A DNA stretch of 64,000 bases. It comes from Candidatus Argoarchaeum ethanivorans (GTDB lineage: Archaea > Halobacteriota > Methanosarcinia > Methanosarcinales > EX4572-44). Positions 11,515 through 21,921 of this stretch are shown one piece after another. Each line of letters starts with the position of its first letter. The first letter of the stretch is position 1. The stretch spans positions 3,900-67,899 of the forward strand of contig CAJHIS010000002.1 in NCBI GenBank assembly GCA_905067555.1. The letters are read 5' to 3'. The notes under the pieces are model-generated. The model was not told the DNA's origin. It was given only the letters and a program-made list of their open reading frames with translations, and did no database searches. Both the position numbers and the translations under genes were made by a program.

Positions 11515-12174
11515 TTAAAAAAGCAGGAAAATATAACTGGATATAAAATAAAGTCCTGCCAGCACCAGTACAATCCCGGAAACTCTCCTGATAATCAAAC
11601 TGTATTTAATAAACGGTTTTAATGTGAAACGTGAGGTGTATGCAATCACAAGAAGGGGCAGCCCCAGGCCCAGCGAATAGATAACTAAAAGGAAGCCCCC
11701 ATAAAGTATGTCTCCTTCCACTGCTACCATTGTGAGTATCGCACCAAGTATTGGACCGATGCAGGGTGTCCAGACAATACCAAGCGAAAAACCGAGTACG
11801 AAACCCCCAGCCACTCCCCCGACATTGGTCGCAGAAAGTCTCTTGATTACACCAGTTCCTGTGTCTGGCACAAGTGCACGAATTTTTTGTTCTATCACAT
11901 CAAATATCATATATATGCCGAGAAATACAATCAGAATCCCACCGGTAATATAAAGTATAGTTTGATACTGCTGAAATACTGAGCCAAAAGCAGAAGCAAG
12001 CACACCCATCGCAGCAAATGAGATGGAAAGCCCAATAACTATTGTAATTGGTACAAATTTACTCGACTTGGTTGAGTATGCTGCAATCAGCGGAATCACC
12101 GGAAGTACGCAGGGTGATAAAACGCTTAATACACCAAAGAAGAAGGCAATAAATGGCGATGGCGCCGCCATCAT
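11515..12174 (-). CDS. ccdA: CcdA/DsbD-type thiol-disulfide transporter
   Basis: SPCVLPVIP and WTPCIGPILG. Confidence 0.92.
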   Translation of the reverse strand: MMAAPSPFIAFFFGVLSVLSPCVLPVIPLIAAYSTKSSKFVPITIVIGLSISFAAMGVLASAFGSVFQQYQTILYITGGILIVFLGIYMIFDVIEQKIRALVPDTGTGVIKRLSATNVGGVAGGFVLGFSLGIVWTPCIGPILGAILTMVAVEGDILYGGFLLVIYSLGLGLPLLVIAYTSRFTLKPFIKYSLIIRRVSGIVLVLAGLYFISSYIFLLF

Positions 12175-12683
12175 TTTTTATATCCCCGCTTAAGCCATAG
12201 CCAGCATATAAAGATCCCTGTTATTGTAGCTATTACGCCAAATCCAGGTGTTTGTGACTGCCCCTGCTTTTGCGATGGATCAGGCAATTTAAGTGCCTGC
12301 TGCATCTCTTTTATCAGAGTATCAGAATCATGATATCCAACCAAGCGGGAAACTTCTTCTCCCTGTAAGTTCGTGAACACAATCGTTGGGATGTATCGAA
12401 TACCGTATTGTCCTGCAAGCTGTTGTGACCCGGCAATTGGAACAAAATTTTTAGACATGTCAATTACCTGTGCATCTGTAAATACCTCCTTCTGCTTTAT
12501 GCACGCTGGACAACTGTCAGATTCAAAAAAAATCATTTCCAATTTGTTTTGAGATTCTGCAATCCGGATACCTTCCTGGTAGGTGTGCCACTCTATCACC
12601 GGCTGTGCACTCGCTACCACGTGGCACATCGTTAGGAGCAGCACTACGAGAATTAGAACAATTTTTCCTTTAATTTTAATCAT
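12171..12683 (-). CDS. secreted thioredoxin-like protein with PGF-CTERM anchor
   Basis: Signal peptide, CPAC, YIPT, TPGF-TM-basic tail. Confidence 0.88.
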   Translation of the reverse strand: MIKIKGKIVLILVVLLLTMCHVVASAQPVIEWHTYQEGIRIAESQNKLEMIFFESDSCPACIKQKEVFTDAQVIDMSKNFVPIAGSQQLAGQYGIRYIPTIVFTNLQGEEVSRLVGYHDSDTLIKEMQQALKLPDPSQKQGQSQTPGFGVIATITGIFICWLWLKRGYKK

Positions 12684-12785
12684 CTTTTTGTTTGCATCGT
12701 GATGACAGTATATAAGTACTCGCTTTATCCAGTATCTCCAAAAACCTTCTTCGATTTCTTTAGTTCAGCGGCACCATTCAAGAAA

Positions 12786-13012
12786 CTGCACAACTTGATT
12801 GCTAACGCACTCGATTGCTCCGCAATCGAGAATTAAAGGTTACCGGTATTGTGTTTGCTGCACTCGATTGCTAGCGCAATCGAGAGTTGTTTTCGCACAC
12901 GGAGTGTGCGTTTCTGCACAACGAAGTTGTGCAGTTACTGGTTATTTTCCGCACAACGAAGTTGTGCAGTTACTGGTTATTTTCCGCACAACGAAGTTGT
13001 GTGGTTGTGCAG
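12786..13012. repeat. large REP-like cluster including a 35-bp tandem repeat
   Basis: Two ctcgattgc-N3/4-gcaatcgag hairpins, cacac-gga-gtgtg, then gcacaacgaagttgtgcagttactggttattttcc at 12916, 12951 and (partial) 12986. Confidence 0.9.
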
Positions 13013-14191
13013 CTTCTTAAAAACCTTGAGCTTAAAATCGATTACTGCTGCCATAAAATTAACTGCTGCATCAAAAGGCGAATTGTGAATACTGAAATAA
13101 GAATGAACATCGCCATCAGAAAGCCACTTGGTGCACATATAATAATAGTGATCCGAGGTTTGCAGATACCGCCAGATTTTGATCAACTCACAGTCTCCGG
13201 TCATTTTCACATACGGCTCAAGAAGCTTTATCTCCTCAAAACACCTTCGCTGCATGTCGTTTCCAAGCCATGCACTGGTGTCACGTTCCATATCTGCCCA
13301 TGAGATCGTGGAAAAATCACCAACATCAATCTCACCGTGAGAAGGGTACATGGATACAACCTCTGAAGGCGTGTTAAAGCTTAAACCAGCAGAAAGCACT
13401 TCGTCTGGCAGGTGTCTTAAAAACTCAAATATTCCAGTGTCTGTCCATTGATGCTCTCCGAATGTCTCATAATCCATAAAGATATTAAACGTGTCTCCCT
13501 CGGCCGAAGACACCCAGTGAGCCCATTTATCAGCAGTAAGCGGATACTCGCTCCACCATCGTGCTGAGAAACGATACGCGATATCATCACTCAACCGATA
13601 GTTTCGAAACAATACAGAGAGGTCGGTCTCGGAAGCTGTATACACATAGTTTGGTGAACGATTGCTTAATGCGTGCTCTATGCCTTCAGTCAATATTGCC
13701 TTGTAACCAAGACCTGACACTGCACGAGCAATGGAATTATTATACAATACCTCGGTGTTTCTAAACACCTTTGGAGCATAACGAAACTCATCCTGCATCA
13801 GTGCATTGTGCTCGCGTATTTGCTCTTTAAACTCGTCTTTTGATTCAAACAAACCAGATAGAGAATGATAATAGGTCTCATCAATGAACTCAACACAACC
13901 GGAATCCGCCATCTGCACAAAGGTTTCAAGAAGGTCTTTGTCCCATCGCTGCAACTGGTTAATTAACGTGCCGGTGACAGAATAACTCACCTTAAACTCT
14001 TTGGAGTGTGTATCGATTAACTCCAGAATTAGTTTATTAGCAGGCCAGTAACATTTGGATGAAACCTTTTTGAGTAACGTCTTATTGATGTGGTCGTCAA
14101 AGTATCGGTCAAAAGAAGAGCGGTTATCTGGCCAGAACCACCTGAGGCGATAAGGCTGATGCACCTGAAAATAAAAACAGACAGACCGCAA
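12977..14191 (-). CDS. glycoside hydrolase family 57 (alpha-amylase-like)
   Basis: FQVHQP, ETYYHSL, RNTE nucleophile, MDYETFGEH acid/base, SWAD, TSDHYYYM; probable TTG start at 14191. Confidence 0.92.
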   Translation of the reverse strand: MRSVCFYFQVHQPYRLRWFWPDNRSSFDRYFDDHINKTLLKKVSSKCYWPANKLILELIDTHSKEFKVSYSVTGTLINQLQRWDKDLLETFVQMADSGCVEFIDETYYHSLSGLFESKDEFKEQIREHNALMQDEFRYAPKVFRNTEVLYNNSIARAVSGLGYKAILTEGIEHALSNRSPNYVYTASETDLSVLFRNYRLSDDIAYRFSARWWSEYPLTADKWAHWVSSAEGDTFNIFMDYETFGEHQWTDTGIFEFLRHLPDEVLSAGLSFNTPSEVVSMYPSHGEIDVGDFSTISWADMERDTSAWLGNDMQRRCFEEIKLLEPYVKMTGDCELIKIWRYLQTSDHYYYMCTKWLSDGDVHSYFSIHNSPFDAAVNFMAAVIDFKLKVFKKLHNHTTSLCGK

Positions 14192-14195
14192 AAGT

Positions 14196-15269
14196 TTAGA
14201 CCCGCCTCCGTGCATAATCCGAAAGAATTGAAAACGCATTGACTGCAGAATCAAATGGATGCTTCTTAGTTGTATCCATCGTAGATAGAATATCCACCTG
14301 CTGCAAATACCCAAAAATATCATCCCGCACAAAATCCATGCTGCTGAGGCGTTTTAGTTCATTGAAGTACACATGCTGCATGTGATTTGAAAGGCAGTGT
14401 TTAAGATCAAAACGAGAAAAATTTATATCTCCCTCGTAGGAAGCTGCTTCAAACGTGGATACTGCGTCAGCAACTGTCAATAACTGAATGCCGTGGAGAG
14501 AGAATTCATCAGAGATATTGGAAAAAAACTCAAGCGAAGAACTTCCTCGCTCTTGCGATCCAAAACTGGCATAATCCATGTAAAGAGTTAGCACGTCTCC
14601 TTTCATCGAATCAATCCACTGCACAAATTTCTTTGCAGTTAATGGATACTCAGACCAGTTCGTATCAGAAAAACGAAACTGGACATCCTCACTCAACCTT
14701 CGATGCCGCAGCAGGAAAGGAATGTTACCATCGTCAAAAACGTAACAGCACTGATCCCCGGGACTGTCACTACCTTCAGACACAGCCGCTGAAAAACCAA
14801 GCTTTAAGAGGCAGCGCGCAATGGTTGCATTATGCACAAGCTCGGTATTAATAAAAGAAGTACTTGTAACGCCAAGGTTTCTTAGAAGGGCACTCTTGTG
14901 CATTTTAACCTGCCGCACAAACTCATCTTCTCTTTCAAAAAGAGAGGAAAGCGAATTATAATAAGGTGACGATGCAAACTCGACACCTGCTCCTTTAAGT
15001 TTTTTAAACGAATCGATCAGTTGTGGATGCCACTTGCACTGATCAAACAGCGTGCCTGATATGTTAAATGTGCAGACAAGCTTCGTATCTCCAACCACCT
15101 TATTGGATTGAATATAACCCCTGCACACCTTCTCAAAAACAGAGTAGTTAAAAGCCTGGTCAAAATAGAGATCAACAGACGCAGCATCCCTGCTGTAGCC
15201 CTCCCGCGGCCAATACCATCTAACCCTAAACGGCTGATGCACCTGAAAACACAGACAGACAGCTTTCAT
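14196..15269 (-). CDS. divergent GH57 family paralog
   Basis: FQVHQP, INTEL, LSEDVQFRFS, MDYASFG; SWAD and TSDH motifs eroded. Confidence 0.82.
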   Translation of the reverse strand: MKAVCLCFQVHQPFRVRWYWPREGYSRDAASVDLYFDQAFNYSVFEKVCRGYIQSNKVVGDTKLVCTFNISGTLFDQCKWHPQLIDSFKKLKGAGVEFASSPYYNSLSSLFEREDEFVRQVKMHKSALLRNLGVTSTSFINTELVHNATIARCLLKLGFSAAVSEGSDSPGDQCCYVFDDGNIPFLLRHRRLSEDVQFRFSDTNWSEYPLTAKKFVQWIDSMKGDVLTLYMDYASFGSQERGSSSLEFFSNISDEFSLHGIQLLTVADAVSTFEAASYEGDINFSRFDLKHCLSNHMQHVYFNELKRLSSMDFVRDDIFGYLQQVDILSTMDTTKKHPFDSAVNAFSILSDYARRRV

Positions 15270-15284
15270 AAAACACATCCGGAA

Positions 15285-15505
15285 TTATTTGAAATATTTA
15301 TCGAGACAACCTCGAACCTCGCGCGCGATATCAGGATACGATCTAAACAAGAGTTGATTAATAATCACACCAGTTACAATATCTTTTTTATTAACGCTTC
15401 TCATGGCAACAGGCAGCCCAGTTGAGTGATGAACAGCCATTGTGACAGGCTCTAACTCCTTTGCTGAAGAACCCTTTGAAATCTTTAAACCTTGCGTGAG
15501 ATTAC
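15285..15505 (-). pseudogene. possible internally deleted DUF2111-like gene
   Basis: Manual translation LKISKGSSAKELEPVTMAVHHSTGLPVAMRSVNKK|DIVTGVIINQLLFRSYPDIAREV...; no intact start for the N-terminal part; family call from recall. Confidence 0.4.
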
Positions 15506-15757
15506 AGCACTATAAGCATTAATAAATGAGCTACATTACTATAAAAAGTTAACCGCGACGGTAATGTTCAGGTAATGTATTTGTCCTGTATTATGTTCAA
15601 TTTCTTATGTCAATCTTGTGAACTCTCGTGGTTTTTTTACATCGGCTCGAAATACATACCTGAAACCAAACATCTGGCAACCATGATTTTCTGTGTTGCG
15701 TAACTGTTAAATTGGTTTCGGTGTTAGTGGGTGTTATTCATGAGGTGCTGTGTATCT

Positions 15758-17467
15758 ATGGATTTATATGATAAAGTGATTGAACTCTCGAAGCGGCGTG
15801 GATTTTTATGGAATTCTTTTGAAATATACGGCGGTGCTGCTGGCTTTTATGACTATGGGCCATACGGAGCTATGCTAAAACGATGCGTTGAAAATATATG
15901 GAGAGATTTTTTTGTGGTACAGGAAGGCTTTTTTGAGATAGAATCGCCAACTATTGGTATTGAAGACATATTTGTAGCATCTGGTCACGTGAGCGGGTTC
16001 TCTGACCCGTTAACAGAATGCCTCAAGTGTGGTGAAGCTTTCAGAGCAGATCACCTGATAAACAACATAGTAAGTGGTGCTGATGGATTATTGAGTGATG
16101 AACTTGAAAGGCTAATCAAACTGCATAACATCAGATGCCCGGAGTGCGGAGGCAATCTCGATAAAGTGTATGATTTTAATTTGATGTTTAATACAAGCAT
16201 TGGGTCTGGAGCAGGACGCAAAGCATATCTTCGGCCAGAAACTGCACAGGGCATGTTCGTTGATTTTCCAAGGCTTCTGCGATTTTATCGTGAAAAGCTC
16301 CCCTTTGGTGCGACACAAATAGGAAAAGCCTATCGAAACGAGATTTCACCGAGACAGGGTGTTCTTCGACTTCGGGAATTCACTCAAGCAGAAGCTGAGA
16401 TTTTTATTGATCCGGTGGATAAAACCCATCCAAGCTTCAAGGAAGTAGCAAAGAAAAAACTCACATTGTACCCTGCGAGCGTGCAGGAAGAAGGGGGCGA
16501 GCCGGTTACTATGCAGCTTGATGAAGCAGTATCAAGCGGTATCATAGCACACGAGTGTATAGCATACTACATCAACCTGACCTGTGAGTTTCTCGTTGCC
16601 TGTGGTATTGACCCGCACCGGTTGCGGTTAAGACAGCATCGCAGTGATGAGATGGCACATTATGCTGCTGACTGCTGGGATGCCGAGGTATACATGGATC
16701 GCTTTGGTTGGGTGGAAGTTGTTGGTATTGCAGATAGAACTGATTATGACCTGAAGGCACACATGAAGCTGAGCAAGGCACAATTGACCGTATTTAAAGA
16801 ATACAAAACAGCTCAAAAAAAGGATGTTGTTAAAATAAAGCCAAATATGGCATACATTGGACCGACATTCAAAAACAAAGCCAGGGAAATAATCAACGCT
16901 CTTCAAAATATTTCTCCGGGAGACATTAAAAACGGTACGGCAACCGTTGATGTCAATGGTGAAGCAATTACTCTCGGGAGTGAGGCATTTTTAATTGAAA
17001 GACGTGTTGAGGAAATACGTGGCGAAAACATAGTTCCTCATGTCATAGAGCCAAGTTTTGGGATTGATCGAATAATTTATGCCATTCTTGAGCACAGCTA
17101 CTTTGAAGAGATGGTAGAAGATGAAAATAGAGTAGTACTCAAGCTTCCAATGAAAATTGCACCAGTAAAGGCTGCCGTTCTTCCACTGTTGACAAGAGAT
17201 GAGCTAATCGAACCTTCAAATAGAATCGTCTCCATGCTTAAGAAAATTGGCATTCAAACTGTATTTGATGATAGTGGAACTATTGGACGCAGATACAGGC
17301 GAAATGATGAGATTGGCACACCTTATGCAATAACCATTGATTACGAGACACTAAAAGATGAAACTGTAACCATAAGAGATAGAGATACGATGAAACAGGT
17401 ACGAGTTCCGATCAATGGAATTGATTTGAAGATTTCTAATGCCCTAACCCAAGTGCCACCACTATGA
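15758..17467 (+). CDS. glyS: glycine--tRNA ligase (archaeal/eukaryal type)
   Basis: LRPETAQG, RNEISPRQGVLRLREF, EPSFGIDR; GAGGTG RBS before ATG 15758. Confidence 0.97.
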   Translation: MDLYDKVIELSKRRGFLWNSFEIYGGAAGFYDYGPYGAMLKRCVENIWRDFFVVQEGFFEIESPTIGIEDIFVASGHVSGFSDPLTECLKCGEAFRADHLINNIVSGADGLLSDELERLIKLHNIRCPECGGNLDKVYDFNLMFNTSIGSGAGRKAYLRPETAQGMFVDFPRLLRFYREKLPFGATQIGKAYRNEISPRQGVLRLREFTQAEAEIFIDPVDKTHPSFKEVAKKKLTLYPASVQEEGGEPVTMQLDEAVSSGIIAHECIAYYINLTCEFLVACGIDPHRLRLRQHRSDEMAHYAADCWDAEVYMDRFGWVEVVGIADRTDYDLKAHMKLSKAQLTVFKEYKTAQKKDVVKIKPNMAYIGPTFKNKAREIINALQNISPGDIKNGTATVDVNGEAITLGSEAFLIERRVEEIRGENIVPHVIEPSFGIDRIIYAILEHSYFEEMVEDENRVVLKLPMKIAPVKAAVLPLLTRDELIEPSNRIVSMLKKIGIQTVFDDSGTIGRRYRRNDEIGTPYAITIDYETLKDETVTIRDRDTMKQVRVPINGIDLKISNALTQVPPL

Positions 17468-17954
17468 CAACTATGGCTATGCCAAGTCCTACCATTCGTA
17501 TGATATGAGACAATATGTTTTGTCTGGCAAGTCTTCCGGAATATGTGCCAAGTACTACAAGCGTTAGAATACTTAATGTGATTGAGGCTTCGAGCGTATG
17601 TGTTTCCAGTACGAGGAATGGTGCAATTGGAACAAGTGAGCCTGCAAAACTTGAGCCGCCATGTACAAAGGAATCAATCAATATCTTTCTTTTTATTTCT
17701 CGTTCAAGGTGTGTGTTTTCAAGACTGCGAAGCATTGGTTTTGAGAGCATGGCAAGTTTTTGGTACTCAACAGCTCCCTCAGCAAGATATGAGCCTACAC
17801 CATTTGTTAAGGCAAGTGCTACTGCTCCACCGATGGCAGCATTAATTACAAAAGAATTGCTTACTGTGGCAGCCGAAGCGCCAATTACCACCCCGAGTAT
17901 AGCGAGAAGCCCATCTATTGAGCCCAAGATAACATATCGTCCATGGTCAGCCAT
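17436..17954 (-). CDS. VIT1/CCC1 family membrane protein
   Basis: RYVILGSIDGLLAILG, GSYLAE, multiple TMs. Confidence 0.8.
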   Translation of the reverse strand: MADHGRYVILGSIDGLLAILGVVIGASAATVSNSFVINAAIGGAVALALTNGVGSYLAEGAVEYQKLAMLSKPMLRSLENTHLEREIKRKILIDSFVHGGSSFAGSLVPIAPFLVLETHTLEASITLSILTLVVLGTYSGRLARQNILSHIIRMVGLGIAIVVIVVALGLGH

Positions 17955-18299
17955 TATAATAAAACAGATCTATCTACAGTTTACCGCAATAAGATATAAA
18001 TCCACCTATACCAAAAAACAGGTGCAAACATTTTAGCATAAGTCTGAACAGCTTGTGGATGAGCTGGACAGGATGCATATTGCGCTTGCGAAGGATAGAG
18101 GGGGTGAACGTGGGCTTTTGGGTTAGTGGTGAAAAAGATGAATTCACCATTAAGCCGGTTAGTCACCTATCTAAACGAAATCGCATCCGAGAGATTGGTA
18201 TTTTGGTGAGGGCTGTGTTGTGGATGGTAGTTTTGGCTATCGATTTTTCGTATATGTTTGGAACTCAAGTTTTTCTATGGCTGATTGAACAACTTTTAT

Positions 18300-19190
18300 C
18301 TATTCACTTTTCATTTTCAAAAATGCCAAATTGCTTTCGCACCTTTCAATTAGACTTTTAAATCCTGAACCCTCCATTTCTTCCATAATATCCTGTGGAA
18401 TTATAATGTATTGCCATTCTCTTGGTTGGACTATCGGCGGGATTGTTTTAATTTTTGAAATATCTCTACATCTTTGCTCAGCAGCAATCGCCTTTCTTTT
18501 TACATCAATATCGTTTTTAGTATCTTTTGCTGATTTGGTTTCAATTATATACATCATGTCTTCAGTTTTGACTAAAAAATCAGGATAATAAGGCACTAAA
18601 TACCCCATCGAATTGATGTAAAGAATTGATAATTTATGAACATATTGATTCAATTTGATATAATAAAATACAGTAGGATCGTTCTCTAAAATATCAACTG
18701 TAAATTTTCGTTCAAGTCCTCCTTTATACGGAAAATCAATAGATGGGTAAAGGCATTTTTTTGTTTCGATGGCACGTTCCATTCTGATTTTTAAATCTTT
18801 AAATTTTGATAGTCGAATCCACTCGGCTTCAATGACATCATATGGTTTACAATTTTGTAGAAAAGTGTTGATAGCTTCTCTTAATTTGTTTGTAATAAAA
18901 TAGACTAATTGTTGGTTTCTTAATTTTTCAACATTTTTTTCATTTGAAAAATCAATTTTTCTTCCAAAAAAATGTCGTGAAACATACTGGTCTATCACCC
19001 CTGCAATCTCTGGCGCATAACGTGATAAGCTCACACGGCTGTCTTTTCTTGAGCATATTAGTTCCTGAACTGTATTTCGGATAAATCCACCATAAGTAAA
19101 ATTTGAATCGAGTAACTCCCATTCTGAACGGAAATGCGTGGTTGGGTGATAGTCGGTTATAAGCGGGCTGTGTCTTTCTGTCGCTTTTTC
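18300..19190 (-). pseudogene. C-terminal endonuclease fragment of a type III restriction (Res-like) subunit
   Basis: GGLERKF, YYPDFLVK...IETKS PD-(D/E)xK, WQYIII; frame stays open upstream of the ORF-track start to a stop near 19190; no helicase domains. Confidence 0.7.
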
Positions 19191-19254
19191 TCACTGCGGA
19201 ATTGCAGCCGTTCTTCCTGGATGGTGGGTTCGGGGTGTTCAGATGACATTTTAA

Positions 19255-20121
19255 TCAGACATTTGCCGGGCTAAAATCGTATAAATCTTTTTGGTCAAGT
19301 TCATGAATGAATCGATTGCAATCATCACTAAATGTTTTCCGGCTTTTCCAATGGTCAGTAATGAAAACACTCCACACATCTTCACTATTTTTCAGATAAT
19401 TTTTTAATTGTTTTCTTTTACATTGACGAAGGATTGTTCTTACTTTTTCAACCAGTGTATTTTGTAAATTCTTATCCAGATTATCCCAAATATCATCCAT
19501 TACTTCTTCCGTCAAATTCCGAACTTTAAATTTATTTCTTCCGGTTATTGAACGTGACATCAATGTAGTGAAAATAAACGGAGCAATTCTTTTTACTGGG
19601 CTACTATCTGTGAATTTTAGTATCAAAGGCGCTTTGGATTTTATTTCAACTGGTTTTGAAAACAACTCTTTTAAATTGGGGTCTCTGAATGGTCGTCCAT
19701 GAATCTGTTCAATCCCTCCATCCAAAATCACTTGTGGGTAATTGATTCCTTCCTTTGACAATCGCTCATTGAGATGCATTAAATTGTCCCGTCCGAATAT
19801 GCCAACATCCAATTCCAAACTTTCAGTAGGAATGTCTATACCTTTCTCAATTAAATGTCGTACTTGGATTGAGTCATACCTGCTTAAATTACTCCCGATT
19901 TTAAACTTTCCACTTTTACATTCTGCGAATAACCCCATGTTCTCAGACATGAAAAGAATATCCGGATTAATTGAATCAGGAACACCGATTATTGGTTCGA
20001 TTCTCGAAAGTTTATACCCTGCTTTAAAAAGATGGTTTGGGTATGATTCGAGATTATATGCAAGTCCTAATACTGCATTTATAATATCAAGATGGTCAAA
20101 AGACTGATCCGTGTTCGTCAA
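19255..20121 (-). CDS. hypothetical protein with N-terminal PD-(D/E)xK nuclease-like motif
   Basis: NPDILF...FAECKSG; basic helical C-terminus; overlaps the upstream gene by 26 bp. Confidence 0.7.
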   Translation of the reverse strand: MTNTDQSFDHLDIINAVLGLAYNLESYPNHLFKAGYKLSRIEPIIGVPDSINPDILFMSENMGLFAECKSGKFKIGSNLSRYDSIQVRHLIEKGIDIPTESLELDVGIFGRDNLMHLNERLSKEGINYPQVILDGGIEQIHGRPFRDPNLKELFSKPVEIKSKAPLILKFTDSSPVKRIAPFIFTTLMSRSITGRNKFKVRNLTEEVMDDIWDNLDKNLQNTLVEKVRTILRQCKRKQLKNYLKNSEDVWSVFITDHWKSRKTFSDDCNRFIHELDQKDLYDFSPANV

Positions 20122-21190
20122 AGATCATCACTCCTGGATCTAAATAATGTTGAATATTTGTATATAATCTAAAAACCATATTTCCACAAGCATTTTCTGG
20201 TAGATATAACCGACCATATTTTTGCATCAAATCCATGCTAAATTTATCACCTGTATGAACGTCAACTCCGGCAATTCTTAAGAAATCATCAGTCTGATCA
20301 TGGATAACACCCCATAATTTGAAGGGGTGCGTCGAATTGATAATTTTTTCGGAGATACGGTGAATATCATAATTTTTAGAGAATTTTATTTCGAATGGGC
20401 TTCCACTCACAACTTGACCACATGCTGATTTCGTTAAAGACATCCTGTTATTTTCAATCTCTTTCATTTTAGTACTATAATCATCTATGATTCTGTCAAC
20501 AAAACGAATATGTTCTTCGATATCGGTTCCTTTATTCACCGTGATTTTACCATCGAAAAAAACCTCGTCTAAAAATTTGATTTTGTGATCGTCTATATTA
20601 AGCACCCTTGTGGAGGTTTTTGTTGAAGGATAATTGTTCTCCTGTAATAACTTGAAAAGATTTTTTGATGGTTTTGTCCCTCTTGACCATAATCTCATGG
20701 TTAAGCGGGAAATATCATCTTCCACTAATTCATCTTCGTCGAATATTTCTTGTTTGAATTTTATCGAGAAACCAACATTGGCTAACGTACTTTCAATGTT
20801 ATCTAGCATTTGATGAGGCATCCATAAACTATCAAGTAAAAGCAGGTTTGTGAATTTATCCACGAATTTACCAATCGTTTTACTGTTCTCCATATTGTAT
20901 AACTTCCAGAATCTATCAAAAAACGTGTCTAAATATAAAACAAATTTTTGACTGTTATTGCGCACAATTAGGCCAAATAAGAATTTATCGTCAGTTGGTT
21001 TTATCTCTATATGATATCCATCGAATGTTAATGGTATTTTGTCAATGTTGCAGTTTGATTCAATAATATTAGTTTTTACATTATACTCTGAATATTCTCC
21101 ATGTTCTTCCAATGATCGGAGATTTGCGTCAATGGTCCTTTCCATTTGCTTATGAAGTTCACCCCTGGATTTTATCATCTTCTTGACCAC
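20096..21190 (-). CDS. hypothetical protein, first gene of the AT-rich two-gene cassette
   Basis: Intact 364-aa ORF; C-terminal PFKLWG...GVDVHTG...CGNMVFRLYTNIQ. Confidence 0.8.
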   Translation of the reverse strand: MVKKMIKSRGELHKQMERTIDANLRSLEEHGEYSEYNVKTNIIESNCNIDKIPLTFDGYHIEIKPTDDKFLFGLIVRNNSQKFVLYLDTFFDRFWKLYNMENSKTIGKFVDKFTNLLLLDSLWMPHQMLDNIESTLANVGFSIKFKQEIFDEDELVEDDISRLTMRLWSRGTKPSKNLFKLLQENNYPSTKTSTRVLNIDDHKIKFLDEVFFDGKITVNKGTDIEEHIRFVDRIIDDYSTKMKEIENNRMSLTKSACGQVVSGSPFEIKFSKNYDIHRISEKIINSTHPFKLWGVIHDQTDDFLRIAGVDVHTGDKFSMDLMQKYGRLYLPENACGNMVFRLYTNIQHYLDPGVMIFDEHGSVF

Positions 21191-21420
21191 CTATTAAATT
21201 AAAATAACATTTTAAATATAAATATTCTTTATATTTACGATTTTATATGCCACAATCTTTCACTTCTTCCATCACGCACATTATACATAACATATATGTT
21301 TCACTTCTCGTTCATAATTATTCCCACCAATCTTCACATCATTCAAAAGTGTGTATAAAGACACATGGTTAATAAATTTAATTCAGTCTGGAATAGATTT
21401 TTAGATAGTCATGAGAATCC

Positions 21421-21921
21421 CTATAATATGGTTTTAATACCTGTTGTAACGATTGTAACGATGATTCCTGCAAGCAGTATCCCTGCTGTTATTGCCGGAA
21501 GCGAGTGTTTGAATTTTATTCCAAAAACAAATGCTGCTGCACACCCTGTCCATGCTCCTGTTACTGGTAAAGGGACAGCTACAAATAATGCAAGTGCGAG
21601 AGTGCCATATTTCTCAAACCGTTTGTTGTGAGTTCGGTGTGTGCGCGAAAACAACCAGTTGAAGAATTTATCCCACAGACGATACCTTCGCAGGTAGTTT
21701 GACACTGGCTCTAAAAACAGCAGCAGTGGTACGACTGGCAGGAAGTTTCCAATCACTGCAAGAACGTAAGCATTGAGCGGGCTGAAATGATATATTCCAA
21801 TTGCTACAGGTATCCCGCCGCGAAGTTCAGATATGGGAAGCATTGAGATAATGATTGTTGCAAGCCAGTGGGGCAGACTTGAGAATAGTTCGGTAAGTGC
21901 TGTAAGAATCTCAGCACTCAT
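21421..21921 (-). CDS. putative small multidrug export protein (COG2426)
   Basis: PISELRGGIP, VAVPLPVTGAWTG. Confidence 0.88.
   Translation of the reverse strand: MSAEILTALTELFSSLPHWLATIIISMLPISELRGGIPVAIGIYHFSPLNAYVLAVIGNFLPVVPLLLFLEPVSNYLRRYRLWDKFFNWLFSRTHRTHNKRFEKYGTLALALFVAVPLPVTGAWTGCAAAFVFGIKFKHSLPAITAGILLAGIIVTIVTTGIKTIL

Noticed and set aside
12916..13001. 35-bp periodic repeat as a CRISPR array
   Set aside because: Intervening sequences are identical and short, there is no ATTGAAAN end, and the units are modules of the dispersed palindrome family.
12799..13303. Plus-strand ORFs over the repeat cluster
   Set aside because: Repeat-derived or antisense to GH57.
14192..14332. N-terminal extension of GH57 given in the ORF track
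   Set aside because: Overlaps the upstream paralog; family similarity starts at LRSVCFYFQVHQP.
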